Under the pieces are notes generated by a model, which saw only the letters and a list, made by a program, of their open reading frames with translations, searched no databases and was not told the DNA's origin. Positions 1 through 7,900 of a DNA stretch of 64,000 bases are shown piece after piece. The stretch is from the IMG/VR virus record IMGVR_UViG_3300009128_000002; one strand, written 5' to 3'. Both the position numbers and the translations under genes were made by a program. Source of the DNA: a virus. Each line of letters starts with the position of its first letter. Positions within the stretch are counted from its first letter, which is position 1.

Positions 1-72
1 AATTATGTTTTATGAGCCAGACGATTATTTATTTGAAAAGATTGTGCCTATTGTATATTCGGAGATTGAAAA

Positions 73-336
73 ATGAAACAATATGAAGTCCCAGGTCAGT
101 CAGACAAAGAAGTACCTTGCGTTAACCACCCAAATGCTCCGCACGGATTTGATAGAAATGCTTCACATAATGCTGACCACTACGTTTGTGAATGTCAAGG
201 ATGGTACGAAGAAATGATTGATGATATTATCCTTGTTATTAATAATCAGATTGAAAGAATGGTACTACTTGATATGGTTATATCAGTTGCTGAATTAAAA
301 GAACAAAGAAAATTTATGGAAGGATTAAGATTATGA
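73..336 (+). CDS. hypothetical protein
   Basis: 87-aa ORF with GGAG SD; overlaps the next ORF by ATGA; contains C-x2-H-P-x-APHGF...HY.CEC, a possible metal site. Confidence 0.7.
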   Translation: MKQYEVPGQSDKEVPCVNHPNAPHGFDRNASHNADHYVCECQGWYEEMIDDIILVINNQIERMVLLDMVISVAELKEQRKFMEGLRL

Positions 337-548
337 ATAAAGTCGCACAGAGAATTTTAAAAAAGGTTGATGCATTACGTAATACCAGAGGTCCAGTAAT
401 TTCGCTTATCATTCAAGTAACTAAAGAAGATGGTATTACATACCAAGGAATGGTTGATGATTGGAGCCAAGAATTGATTGACGAGAACAGATTAATCGAT
501 TTTGAGAATATGATAGATAGTATGTACAATGTAGGAATTTGGGAATGA
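333..548 (+). CDS. hypothetical protein
   Basis: 71-aa ORF translationally coupled (ATGA overlaps) to both neighbours. Confidence 0.65.
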   Translation: MNKVAQRILKKVDALRNTRGPVISLIIQVTKEDGITYQGMVDDWSQELIDENRLIDFENMIDSMYNVGIWE

Positions 549-754
549 ATGTAGGAATAACAATTGATTTGAATGGAGATGAAACAATCTTTTTATCTAT
601 GGATGAAGCAAGAGAACTTTATAAAAAACTAAGAACATTGTTTGATCCACCGTTAGTTAATGAGTTTCCTAATATGGTAAAGACACCATTTCCAGAACAA
701 AATAAACTATGGCCTGGCAATCCAGGCGATGAGTGGAAAGCAACAGAGGTATAG
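545..754 (+). CDS. hypothetical protein
   Basis: ORF track gives 539..754; ATG at 545 overlaps the upstream TGA and is the more likely start. Confidence 0.6.
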   Translation: MNVGITIDLNGDETIFLSMDEARELYKKLRTLFDPPLVNEFPNMVKTPFPEQNKLWPGNPGDEWKATEV

Positions 755-757
755 ACA

Positions 758-1273
758 ATGAGATTTAAAGGAAAGAAACCAATAGTAAGTTATGACGACA
801 CATATAACTTAGATGCTACGTTATCCCCAATTATTGCTGAAGGATTGAAGAAATATAAAGAAGTTATTATGGATGACAACAACTGTGCTGGTTATCCATT
901 ACAAGTTGTTGATGATGAAATTGTAGATCCATTACAGCAACACTCTCAGCCAGGTTTAGTGGTTGACGATGAACACGGAGTAGCAAGAGACCCAGATTAT
1001 AATAAGATGGAAGATGAATACTTCAAGAAGTGGATTGGTGTTATTGATAAAATGATTTATGCTTTTGACTCTGATGAACCTGAAGTACCTGATGGCATCT
1101 TTGGTGATTCTACGTTTGGTGAACCAGATGAAGATGGCAATAGAGAATGGCATATGAATATCAAAGACCAAGACAAGTATGATAAACATAGAATAGATGA
1201 AGAACAACATTGGAAAAGAGTTGACGAAGGTTTAGAATTATTTGGAAAATTTTATAGGAATTTATGGTGGTAG
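758..1273 (+). CDS. hypothetical phage protein
   Basis: 171 aa; DTYNLDATL..II...L and C-terminal GLELFGKFYRNLWW pattern typical of uncharacterised myophage proteins. Confidence 0.75.
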   Translation: MRFKGKKPIVSYDDTYNLDATLSPIIAEGLKKYKEVIMDDNNCAGYPLQVVDDEIVDPLQQHSQPGLVVDDEHGVARDPDYNKMEDEYFKKWIGVIDKMIYAFDSDEPEVPDGIFGDSTFGEPDEDGNREWHMNIKDQDKYDKHRIDEEQHWKRVDEGLELFGKFYRNLWW

Positions 1274-1277
1274 AAAC

Positions 1278-1306
1278 TTGACTTTTGCTCATAAGTAACG
1301 TATAAT
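1278..1306 (+). promoter_or_regulatory. sigma70-type early promoter
   Basis: TTGACT-N17-TATAAT. Confidence 0.8.
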
Positions 1307-1313
1307 AGGTACT

Positions 1314-1550
1314 ATGAAAACGAATAAAGAATCAATAAAAAAACTAATTGATAATGATATGGAACTCAACCAACGAGTGGTTATGTTAACCGACCTTGTT
1401 GAAGCAATGATTCCATTACAACAAGATATGTACAACAAGATTCAGTTCCTCGAGAAACGTATTAACTTGATTGAACAAGTTGATGACTACCAAGATAAAG
1501 AATTAGAAACACTATGGAACAACACAGAAAGGAATGAAAAATTCAAATGA
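1314..1550 (+). CDS. hypothetical coiled-coil protein
   Basis: 78-aa ORF directly after the promoter; heptad-like composition. Confidence 0.65.
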   Translation: MKTNKESIKKLIDNDMELNQRVVMLTDLVEAMIPLQQDMYNKIQFLEKRINLIEQVDDYQDKELETLWNNTERNEKFK

Positions 1551-2269
1551 AACTACACATAATTTCAGACACGCATACTAAACATAGAGAATTAGACTTG
1601 CCTGGTGGTGACGTACTTATTCACGCTGGTGACTTTATGAGTTCTGGTTATAGTACAGACGAACTAATTGACTTTCTTAATTGGTTGGAAGTACAACCAT
1701 ACGAACATAAGATTTACATTGCTGGTAATCACGATAGGATATTTGAAGACAATCCAGCAATTGGTGATTTGATGAATGTTGTATATCCTTCACTTACATA
1801 TTTACAAGATAGTGAAGTGGTTATTGATGGAGTTAAGTTTTACGGAAGTCCTTGGACACCAGAATTTATGGGTTGGGCGTTTGCTTTACCTAAAGATGAA
1901 CGTAGTGCTGATGAACGTTTCAAATTAATTCCTGAAGATACTGATGTTGTAATTTCTCACGGACCTGCTTTCGGAAAGTTAGACCAAGTTGACAGACTAG
2001 GTGTACTCGGAGAACATTTGGGATGCCCATCACTATCACGGAGAATTGAGGAAATTAATCCACAACTACACATTTGTGGACATATTCATTCTGGTCGTGG
2101 GGTGATGGATGGATATGGACAAATCACAACACACATCAACGCAAGTTGTTTGGGTGAAGATTATATGTTAGTACAAGAACAAAATTACATTGAATGGGAG
2201 ATTAAGAGTGACGAAGATAAAAGACAAGATACACGATTGGACATCGAAAAAGTGGCACAAGACACATAA
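1547..2269 (+). CDS. calcineurin-like metallophosphoesterase (MPPED/239FB-like)
   Basis: motifs ISDTH, HAGD, AGNHD, SHGP, CGHIH. Confidence 0.92.
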   Translation: MKLHIISDTHTKHRELDLPGGDVLIHAGDFMSSGYSTDELIDFLNWLEVQPYEHKIYIAGNHDRIFEDNPAIGDLMNVVYPSLTYLQDSEVVIDGVKFYGSPWTPEFMGWAFALPKDERSADERFKLIPEDTDVVISHGPAFGKLDQVDRLGVLGEHLGCPSLSRRIEEINPQLHICGHIHSGRGVMDGYGQITTHINASCLGEDYMLVQEQNYIEWEIKSDEDKRQDTRLDIEKVAQDT

Positions 2270-2354
2270 TTGGAGAACTGGCACAGGCAAGTTTTTGAAG
2301 AAGATTATGAATAGAAAGATTAGACATGAAAAGATTGACGTGGAGACGAAATGA
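2208..2354 (+). CDS. small basic hypothetical protein (48 aa, not in ORF track)
   Basis: GGGAG SD at 2196-2200, GTG start, (M)TKIKDKIHDWTSKKWHKTHNWRTGTGKFLKKIMNRKIRH; TGA overlaps the thioredoxin ATG. Confidence 0.5.
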   Translation: MTKIKDKIHDWTSKKWHKTHNWRTGTGKFLKKIMNRKIRHEKIDVETK

Positions 2355-2647
2355 GTAAAGATGTAATTAAAATGAAATTTAACACAGTAACTAGAATAAC
2401 AGCATCGTGGTGTGGCCCTTGTAAAATGTATGCTCCTATTTTTGAAGAAGTAACTGATGGATTTATTGATGATTGGACTGTTGTTACATTAGATGTTGAT
2501 ACAGAAGAGGGTAAAGAGTTTGCACTTAGACATGGTTTACGTAGTGTACCTGCAACAGTTATTGAACGTAAAGGTAAAGATCCAGAAGTATATCGTGGTG
2601 CATTAAAAAAACAAAAGTTAGAAGAATTATTAGATTTAACGAATTAA
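2351..2647 (+). CDS. trxA: thioredoxin
   Basis: WCGPC active site, DVD, cis-Pro motif SVP. Confidence 0.93.
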   Translation: MSKDVIKMKFNTVTRITASWCGPCKMYAPIFEEVTDGFIDDWTVVTLDVDTEEGKEFALRHGLRSVPATVIERKGKDPEVYRGALKKQKLEELLDLTN

Positions 2648-2660
2648 TTCATATAATTGC

Positions 2661-2689
2661 TGGACATTTGGTGTATTTTGTTGTATAAT
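2661..2689 (+). promoter_or_regulatory. sigma70-type early promoter
   Basis: TGGACA-N17-TATAAT. Confidence 0.65.
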
Positions 2690-2714
2690 ATATACGTAAA
2701 TGATTGAGGTGTAA

Positions 2715-3275
2715 ATGACAAAAGATAAAATAAAAACTGCAATTAAATATGCCACTACTGCCCATTTAGGTCAGACAAGAAAAGGTGGTAAAAATATACC
2801 ATACATATCGCACCCTATTGCCGTTATGAATATAGTTAAAAGTAAAGGTTATGGTGCTGAGGTGCAAATGGCGTCCGTTCTACACGATGTTGTTGAGGAC
2901 TGCGAGGGTTATACGTTAAATGATTTATCTAACGAATTTGGTACTGCTGTCGCCCTTATGGTGGATTATGTAAGTGAAGCAGATAAATCACTAACTTGGA
3001 AAGAAAGAAAGGTTGATTATATTAAACGTTTAAAAGAAGCACCATTTGAAGCGGTTGTGGTTTCTGCCGCCGATAAACTTCATAATTTACGTTGCACACT
3101 TGAAGACTTTAATACAGAAGGTAAAAGTGCATTTAATATGTTTAACAGTTCTGCCGATGGACAGTTTTGGTTTTATGAAAGTTTGATTGAAATTTATAAA
3201 TCACACTTGTTATTTAGTTTTACTGATGAAATGGAATCTATATTAAAAATTGTAAAGAAACAATTTGATGTATAA
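2715..3275 (+). CDS. stand-alone HD-domain (p)ppGpp hydrolase-like protein (SpoT-HD/MESH1 family)
   Basis: AH.GQ.RK, PYISHP, LHDVVED and ADKLHN motifs; no synthetase domain. Confidence 0.88.
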   Translation: MTKDKIKTAIKYATTAHLGQTRKGGKNIPYISHPIAVMNIVKSKGYGAEVQMASVLHDVVEDCEGYTLNDLSNEFGTAVALMVDYVSEADKSLTWKERKVDYIKRLKEAPFEAVVVSAADKLHNLRCTLEDFNTEGKSAFNMFNSSADGQFWFYESLIEIYKSHLLFSFTDEMESILKIVKKQFDV

Positions 3276-3278
3276 ATA
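3271..3278 (+). promoter_or_regulatory. T4-type late promoter
   Basis: TATAAATA upstream of the 3381 ORF. Confidence 0.6.
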
Positions 3279-3380
3279 ATTTAACATTTGGTGTATTACT
3301 AATTGTTAATATATCAACAATGGGAGTTGATACAACCGAGACGTTGTTAAACTATTTTTAATATAACATAGGAGTAAAAT

Positions 3381-3599
3381 ATGTTAGATAAAGTAAATGC
3401 TTGGATTAAGCAAGGTACAGAAACAGGTGTAGCATTGATTGCGTTCGCAATCGTATTACAGGTAATTTTTGGTGGAACAGTTCCATTCGTTGGTGGTGAT
3501 GTAATCGCTACTATCACTGGTATCGTTGCTCAACTTGGTGCTCAAGGTCTAGTTGGATTAGTAGCTGCCGCTGTATTATATAAGATTTTTAACAAATAA
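3381..3599 (+). CDS. small two-helix membrane protein
   Basis: 72 aa, AGGAG SD, two hydrophobic segments. Confidence 0.85.
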   Translation: MLDKVNAWIKQGTETGVALIAFAIVLQVIFGGTVPFVGGDVIATITGIVAQLGAQGLVGLVAAAVLYKIFNK

Positions 3600-3614
3600 T
3601 CTTTTATGAATGAA

Positions 3615-3925
3615 TATCCGACGCCTCGTTCTGCGACGCCTCGGGTCAGTTTTATTAGTTTTTCTGCATAACCCAAAAAACTAAGAACCACTTTCGGTCT
3701 GAGGATCCTCGGGCGATATAATGGAAGATAAGGATTGGCTAAAGTCGGTCGAGTGCTTCCACACAATTAGTTAGCACGGGCGTCATGTTGGGTATCAAAT
3801 TTAGATACTTACCTCCTGCCTTTTTAGCACTTTGGGAGTAGTGTGAGTGCGTATAAAACTCCCCTCGATTCAGTTAAAGGCGTGAGTCATAATCATAGCC
3901 TTTAACTACATCCGAAATGATGTAA
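3615..3925 (+). ncRNA. putative structured RNA / long structured leader (hairpins plus two candidate pseudoknots)
   Basis: GC-richer intergenic region with many complementary segments (detailed in findings); no credible ORF. Confidence 0.45.
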
Positions 3926-3966
3926 AACTATAACACACAATATACACACAACACAGGAGAAGTAAA

Positions 3967-4155
3967 ATGGCAAACAAAACGCCTTATGAGTTAAGATACG
4001 ATATGTACAATACAGCAATGGAACGTTTACAAAACGTTTATTATGCTGATGAAAATTTATTTGCTGATGGTATTATTAAAGAACGTCCATCATACCCAAC
4101 AGTCGAAGAAACAATTGTTGAAGCAAAAGAAATAATGAAATTCGTAAATGGATAA
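3967..4155 (+). CDS. conserved hypothetical T4-like phage protein
   Basis: AGGAG SD; KTPYELR...YPT.EE....A.....FV pattern. Confidence 0.8.
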   Translation: MANKTPYELRYDMYNTAMERLQNVYYADENLFADGIIKERPSYPTVEETIVEAKEIMKFVNG

Positions 4156-4166
4156 AAGGAACTAAA

Positions 4167-4343
4167 ATGAAAAAGAAGAAGATTAGAAATAAGATTCTTC
4201 ATTCCGTCAGAACCCCTTTGTTTAGGCAAAGGGTGTTTAAAGACAAGAAGAAAGAGTCTAAGAAAAACGGAGACTTTATTAATGAAGGTATCATTTCCCC
4301 CGATGGTATCTTCTTTAATAAAGTTTCAAAACCGTTGATATAA
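4167..4343 (+). CDS. ArfA-like small basic protein (58 aa, not in ORF track)
   Basis: AAGGA SD; MKKKKIRNKILHSVRTPLFRQRVFKDKKK resembles the ArfA core PLFRQRV.K.KK; long hairpin in the 3' third. Confidence 0.6.
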   Translation: MKKKKIRNKILHSVRTPLFRQRVFKDKKKESKKNGDFINEGIISPDGIFFNKVSKPLI

Positions 4344-4402
4344 GTTAAAGAACAACATAGCCAAAATATTATTAATAATAACCAGTCCTCTGTAAGAGTT
4401 AT

Positions 4403-4410
4403 TATAAATA
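4403..4410 (+). promoter_or_regulatory. T4-type late promoter
   Basis: TATAAATA upstream of hsp20. Confidence 0.6.
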
Positions 4411-4483
4411 CTATTGAAGACAATAACGTTCTAGAATCATATTTGATTCACTTATTCGGAAGTTTACGGTCTTCCAATAATTT

Positions 4484-4573
4484 GAGTAATGCCGGAAGGG
4501 TTACTTGATGAAACGTGATACTTAATTAAGGTCACACAATTACAACTCGCTTATTATAAGGAGAACTACTATG
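4484..4573 (+). promoter_or_regulatory. ROSE/ibpA-like RNA thermometer leader
   Basis: CTC(G)CTTA-TTA-TAAGGAG hairpin sequesters the SD with a bulged G (U(U/C)GCU motif); upstream hairpin at 4484-4506. Confidence 0.6.
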
Positions 4574-5026
4574 AGCAGAAATATGCCTGGCCTATTGGCC
4601 GACTTCAACCCATTCTTTAATCAAACACTTGGGTTAGATAACATCTTCGATTCACTTGCTGAATTCGATAAACCAAACAACAAATATCCCCCTTACAACA
4701 TTGTAAAAGGCCCATTCAGTTACGCAATTGAAATGGCACTAGCAGGTTGGAAGATGGATGAAATCAATATCGTAATTGAAAAGAATGTATTGACCATTGA
4801 AGGAAATAAAAAGTCTGATGGTCTTAGTGAACACGATAGTTTCGTCCATAAAGGAATTGCTGACCGTTCATTCAAACAACAATTTACTATTGGCGACCGA
4901 GTAACAATCGATGACGCTAAACTAAATGATGGTATGTTAGTTGTTAGTATGAGTGTAACAATTCCAGACGAAGAGCAACCAGTAACAATTCCAATTAGTT
5001 CAAATGCTGAATTGTTAGAAGGTTAA
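4571..5026 (+). CDS. hsp20: small heat shock protein Hsp20 (IbpA-like)
   Basis: YPPYNI, IEMALAG, HKGIADRSF and A.L.DGML alpha-crystallin motifs. Confidence 0.95.
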   Translation: MSRNMPGLLADFNPFFNQTLGLDNIFDSLAEFDKPNNKYPPYNIVKGPFSYAIEMALAGWKMDEINIVIEKNVLTIEGNKKSDGLSEHDSFVHKGIADRSFKQQFTIGDRVTIDDAKLNDGMLVVSMSVTIPDEEQPVTIPISSNAELLEG

Positions 5027-5040
5027 TCTTTGTAATCCTC

Positions 5041-5065
5041 GGGACGACTCATCAGTAGTCGTCCC
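5041..5065. terminator. hairpin between convergent genes
   Basis: GGGACGACT-catcagt-AGTCGTCCC perfect 9-bp stem; no U-tract. Confidence 0.55.
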
Positions 5066-5071
5066 ACCCTG

Positions 5072-5320
5072 TTATTCCATTAAATCACAAACATACATTT
5101 CACGTTCTTCGAATTTGCCCATATGGTCACAAGCGAAAATCGTTCGTTTCTTTGCGTTCGGAATATCTAATACAACTGGTTCTTTGGTAACAGTTTTGAC
5201 TTTAATTGGTTTTGAAGTTAATAGTGTACAAGATGTTATTACTGATGTTGTGGTTAATAACAACATAGCATAGAATACGGATTTATTAAACCACACACTT
5301 TCTTGTTGTTTCATTATCAT
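5072..5320 (-). CDS. hypothetical membrane/lipoprotein-like protein
   Basis: 82 aa, N-terminal hydrophobic stretch ending ITSC (possible lipobox). Confidence 0.6.
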   Translation of the reverse strand: MIMKQQESVWFNKSVFYAMLLLTTTSVITSCTLLTSKPIKVKTVTKEPVVLDIPNAKKRTIFACDHMGKFEEREMYVCDLME

Positions 5321-5446
5321 TCACCTTCTCATTATGTGTCATCATATGTCGCAATTCTTTACGTTCTTTACGTCTCTTTTTTGCTTTCGCCTTTTTCTTA
5401 CTCATTAAACATTTACACCATTAATATAGTTATTGTTGAATCGTTT

Positions 5447-5454
5447 TATTTATA
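5447..5454 (-). promoter_or_regulatory. T4-type late promoter
   Basis: TATTTATA on + strand = TATAAATA on - strand. Confidence 0.5.
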
Positions 5455-5547
5455 GTCACAATTAAGCACAATACAAATACGGAGCCCAATCACAAGTTGC
5501 CATCATCAATGAGCCGTTTATGTACGGCATTAAACTTACGACGTCCA

Positions 5548-5895
5548 TTATAGACTTAAAGGGTTTACACTACCATTAGAAGTTCTTTCATTTCTTTCAA
5601 TGTCTTTTGCCATTGCTTCAATTGTTGCTTCTAAACGTGATAACTTCTCCATAATTTCTGTAAAATTAACCTGACTTTGTTTAGTTTCTAACGCAATAAT
5701 TTTATTCATATTGTCATCCGATAACTTCTTAATCCAAGCATCATCATAAGGTTGAATAGTTTCTACCTTTGCCGTATTATCTTGTATTTGATTCCAAAGT
5801 AGAGCCCCTCCCCAAATAGTACCAGCAATACCTGACATAATAGTCACTACTGCTAGAGCACCTACCTTTTTGCCTTCTAATAATTCATTAATCAT
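5548..5895 (-). CDS. membrane-anchored coiled-coil protein
   Basis: N-terminal TM helix, coiled coil, C-terminal VNPL. Confidence 0.8.
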   Translation of the reverse strand: MINELLEGKKVGALAVVTIMSGIAGTIWGGALLWNQIQDNTAKVETIQPYDDAWIKKLSDDNMNKIIALETKQSQVNFTEIMEKLSRLEATIEAMAKDIERNERTSNGSVNPLSL

Positions 5896-7078
5896 AAAAC
5901 TTTATTTCCTCTATATTATTGTATTTATACCTTTCTAGTATGCCAGAATCGGGTAATGTACCAGAGTCTTCATAAAATGCTCTGTTTTGATACCAATTCT
6001 CGTTATCTTCTAATTCGACGGATTCAGATAAAGATATGCTGGTATAACTAGAAATATCAACAGTATCCCCAAGCACAACATTATTAGATAAGACAGTGCT
6101 TGTAGTTTGTACCATGTCCAAGAGGTTAAGCACTTCTTCTCCGCTAGACAATGTGTCAGACAATCCACCAGTTTCTGTGGTAAATGTATTACCGTCATTA
6201 TTGTTTTGAGTATCATTTGAATCTCCTTCGTTATTAGGTTCATCATTATCTACTTCATTATCATCTGATTCTACATCACTTTCACTTTCTTCGTCTACCT
6301 CATCAATTTCCTCAACTTCGTCATCAACCAATTCTTCTGTATCAGTATCTTCCGATTGTTCATCATCCATGTCCTCAATTTCTTTTTCAAGGTCATCCTC
6401 CACAATTTCGATTATTTCTTCAAATTCTTCGTCTAATTCTTCCTCAAGTTCCACAAAGTAATCTTCAAGGTCTTCTATATCTGCTTCACCTGTCTCAATC
6501 AACTCAAGTAATTCTAAAACATCTTCCTCTACTTGAATTATTAATTCTTCTTCAACAGGATCATATTCAAATGTTAATGACGCATTTCTAAATTGAGGTC
6601 CATAGTTACCTGCCCAATACCCAGTATCTCTGCCATCTAGTATCCACCTTATTGAATTGATTTCAGATAAATATGTTTCGTCTGTATAAGAACCTGAATA
6701 ATTAACCCAAGCAGACCAACCCCCAGTGTCATGGTCTAGAGTTATCCATCCTGGCCCACTTGATGTTAAATAACTATTATCAACATCATAAAATTCAAAG
6801 TAAATAAGAGCCCTATCATCTACACAGTTTGAGTAACACCCAATAGCATTATCATATGACCTTACATCCACACTCCAATCAATACTTGATGGATTACGCC
6901 ATATAGCATCTTGTGGTATAGTATATGTTTCCTCTACACTCGGACCATAATAAGTTGTTTGGTGGTCTAACTCACCATTCTGATTAACTAGATTATCAGT
7001 AGTGTCAGCAAAACTAATTCCAGTTGTGAGTGCCAGACTTAAAAGTAGATTTCTTTTCAAGGCGTTTATCCTTATCAA
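5888..7078 (-). CDS. secreted protein with FBA/CBM-like glycan-binding domain and long acidic linker
   Basis: signal peptide (LSLALTTGISFA); DGRDTGYWAGNYGP resembles the F-box-associated sugar-binding motif; D/E-rich tract. Confidence 0.7.
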   Translation of the reverse strand: MIRINALKRNLLLSLALTTGISFADTTDNLVNQNGELDHQTTYYGPSVEETYTIPQDAIWRNPSSIDWSVDVRSYDNAIGCYSNCVDDRALIYFEFYDVDNSYLTSSGPGWITLDHDTGGWSAWVNYSGSYTDETYLSEINSIRWILDGRDTGYWAGNYGPQFRNASLTFEYDPVEEELIIQVEEDVLELLELIETGEADIEDLEDYFVELEEELDEEFEEIIEIVEDDLEKEIEDMDDEQSEDTDTEELVDDEVEEIDEVDEESESDVESDDNEVDNDEPNNEGDSNDTQNNNDGNTFTTETGGLSDTLSSGEEVLNLLDMVQTTSTVLSNNVVLGDTVDISSYTSISLSESVELEDNENWYQNRAFYEDSGTLPDSGILERYKYNNIEEIKFYD

Positions 7079-7673
7079 TTAGATTACCTTCAGCATCAAT
7101 ATAACCTGCATCAAATAATACTTGTTTATTTCTAACATAATCTTGGAAGTCGGGTCTTAATTCGGGATATGCATTCCAAAATGCGGCCGCATCTTTTCCT
7201 ATTTGACCCTTTGCCGGACACGGAGTACCTGACATAATCATCGCTTGGAATACTCTAGGGTCTTGGCATAGTAAAGCAACACTTGCCACTTTCATACCAC
7301 CCTTTCTTAATTCCCTAGATAATTTGATTCGTTCACAATTAGCATCTGTTACAGTAGTACCAAATGATAATCCAAACATATTTGATTGTGCCCCACCAGA
7401 AACACCTGATACACATACATCTGAATTAGATACAGATACACTTGGTGCTCTTGCTCCACCTACAGGTTGATTCTTATGGTCAACAGTTGAACTTGATGTA
7501 GTATTATTTGTTGAATTACTATTAACTGTCGATGTTGACGTATTAGTAACAGTACTCGTAGATGTCGTGGTATTAGTATTTGTATTATCTACTGCTTCAA
7601 CATTTTCAGCAAATAGTATTAATGCTAAAATCATACCTAACCAACCCCACGCTATCTTTTCTTGTTGGTTCAT
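7014..7673 (-). CDS. secreted/membrane protein with Ser/Thr linker and Cys-containing domain
   Basis: signal/TM, T/S/N-rich linker, APS..SDVC, D.NCERIKLSR, LCQDPRVF.AM...GTPCP. Confidence 0.8.
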   Translation of the reverse strand: MNQQEKIAWGWLGMILALILFAENVEAVDNTNTNTTTSTSTVTNTSTSTVNSNSTNNTTSSSTVDHKNQPVGGARAPSVSVSNSDVCVSGVSGGAQSNMFGLSFGTTVTDANCERIKLSRELRKGGMKVASVALLCQDPRVFQAMIMSGTPCPAKGQIGKDAAAFWNAYPELRPDFQDYVRNKQVLFDAGYIDAEGNLIDKDKRLEKKSTFKSGTHNWN

Positions 7674-7900
7674 TTTGTTACCTCAAGTGCCCTTACTCGT
7701 TCTCTCAAGTTACCAATAACATCTAATTCTTCTCTTAACTCTGCTTCTGTTTTGTGAAGTTGTTCAAGGATAAATTTATTATCTTCTTCTAAAATTGTTA
7801 CGTGATTTTGTACTAGCAATAGCGAAGTAAATAACCAACCTAAAGCACCTAATACAACACCACCTATAATCGTTTCTTTCATTTTACACTCCCTTTCCAA
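7670..7900 (-). CDS. small membrane-anchored coiled-coil protein
   Basis: TM helix followed by a heptad pattern; true start may be the second ATG (7882). Confidence 0.7.
   Translation of the reverse strand: MERECKMKETIIGGVVLGALGWLFTSLLLVQNHVTILEEDNKFILEQLHKTEAELREELDVIGNLRERVRALEVTK

Noticed and set aside
3643-3685. preQ1-I riboswitch (A-rich tail AAAAAACTAAG)
   Set aside because: Loop is too long and lacks the conserved ligand-binding pattern; no queuosine-related gene downstream.
3699-3720. Hammerhead ribozyme (CTGAGGA core)
   Set aside because: The short stem is followed by GATA rather than the required GAAA, and stems I/III are not evident.
3615-3925. tmRNA or tRNA
   Set aside because: Size and pseudoknots are suggestive, but there is no acceptor stem, T-arm (TTCGA) or CCA end.
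5041-5065. Hammerhead on the minus strand (CTGATGA)
   Set aside because: The motif sits in a simple hairpin with no downstream GAAA; better explained as a terminator-like stem.
5286-5405. 39-aa very basic minus-strand ORF (MSKKKAKAKKRRKERK...)
   Set aside because: Plausible after the late promoter at 5447-5454, but too short and low-complexity to support as a gene.
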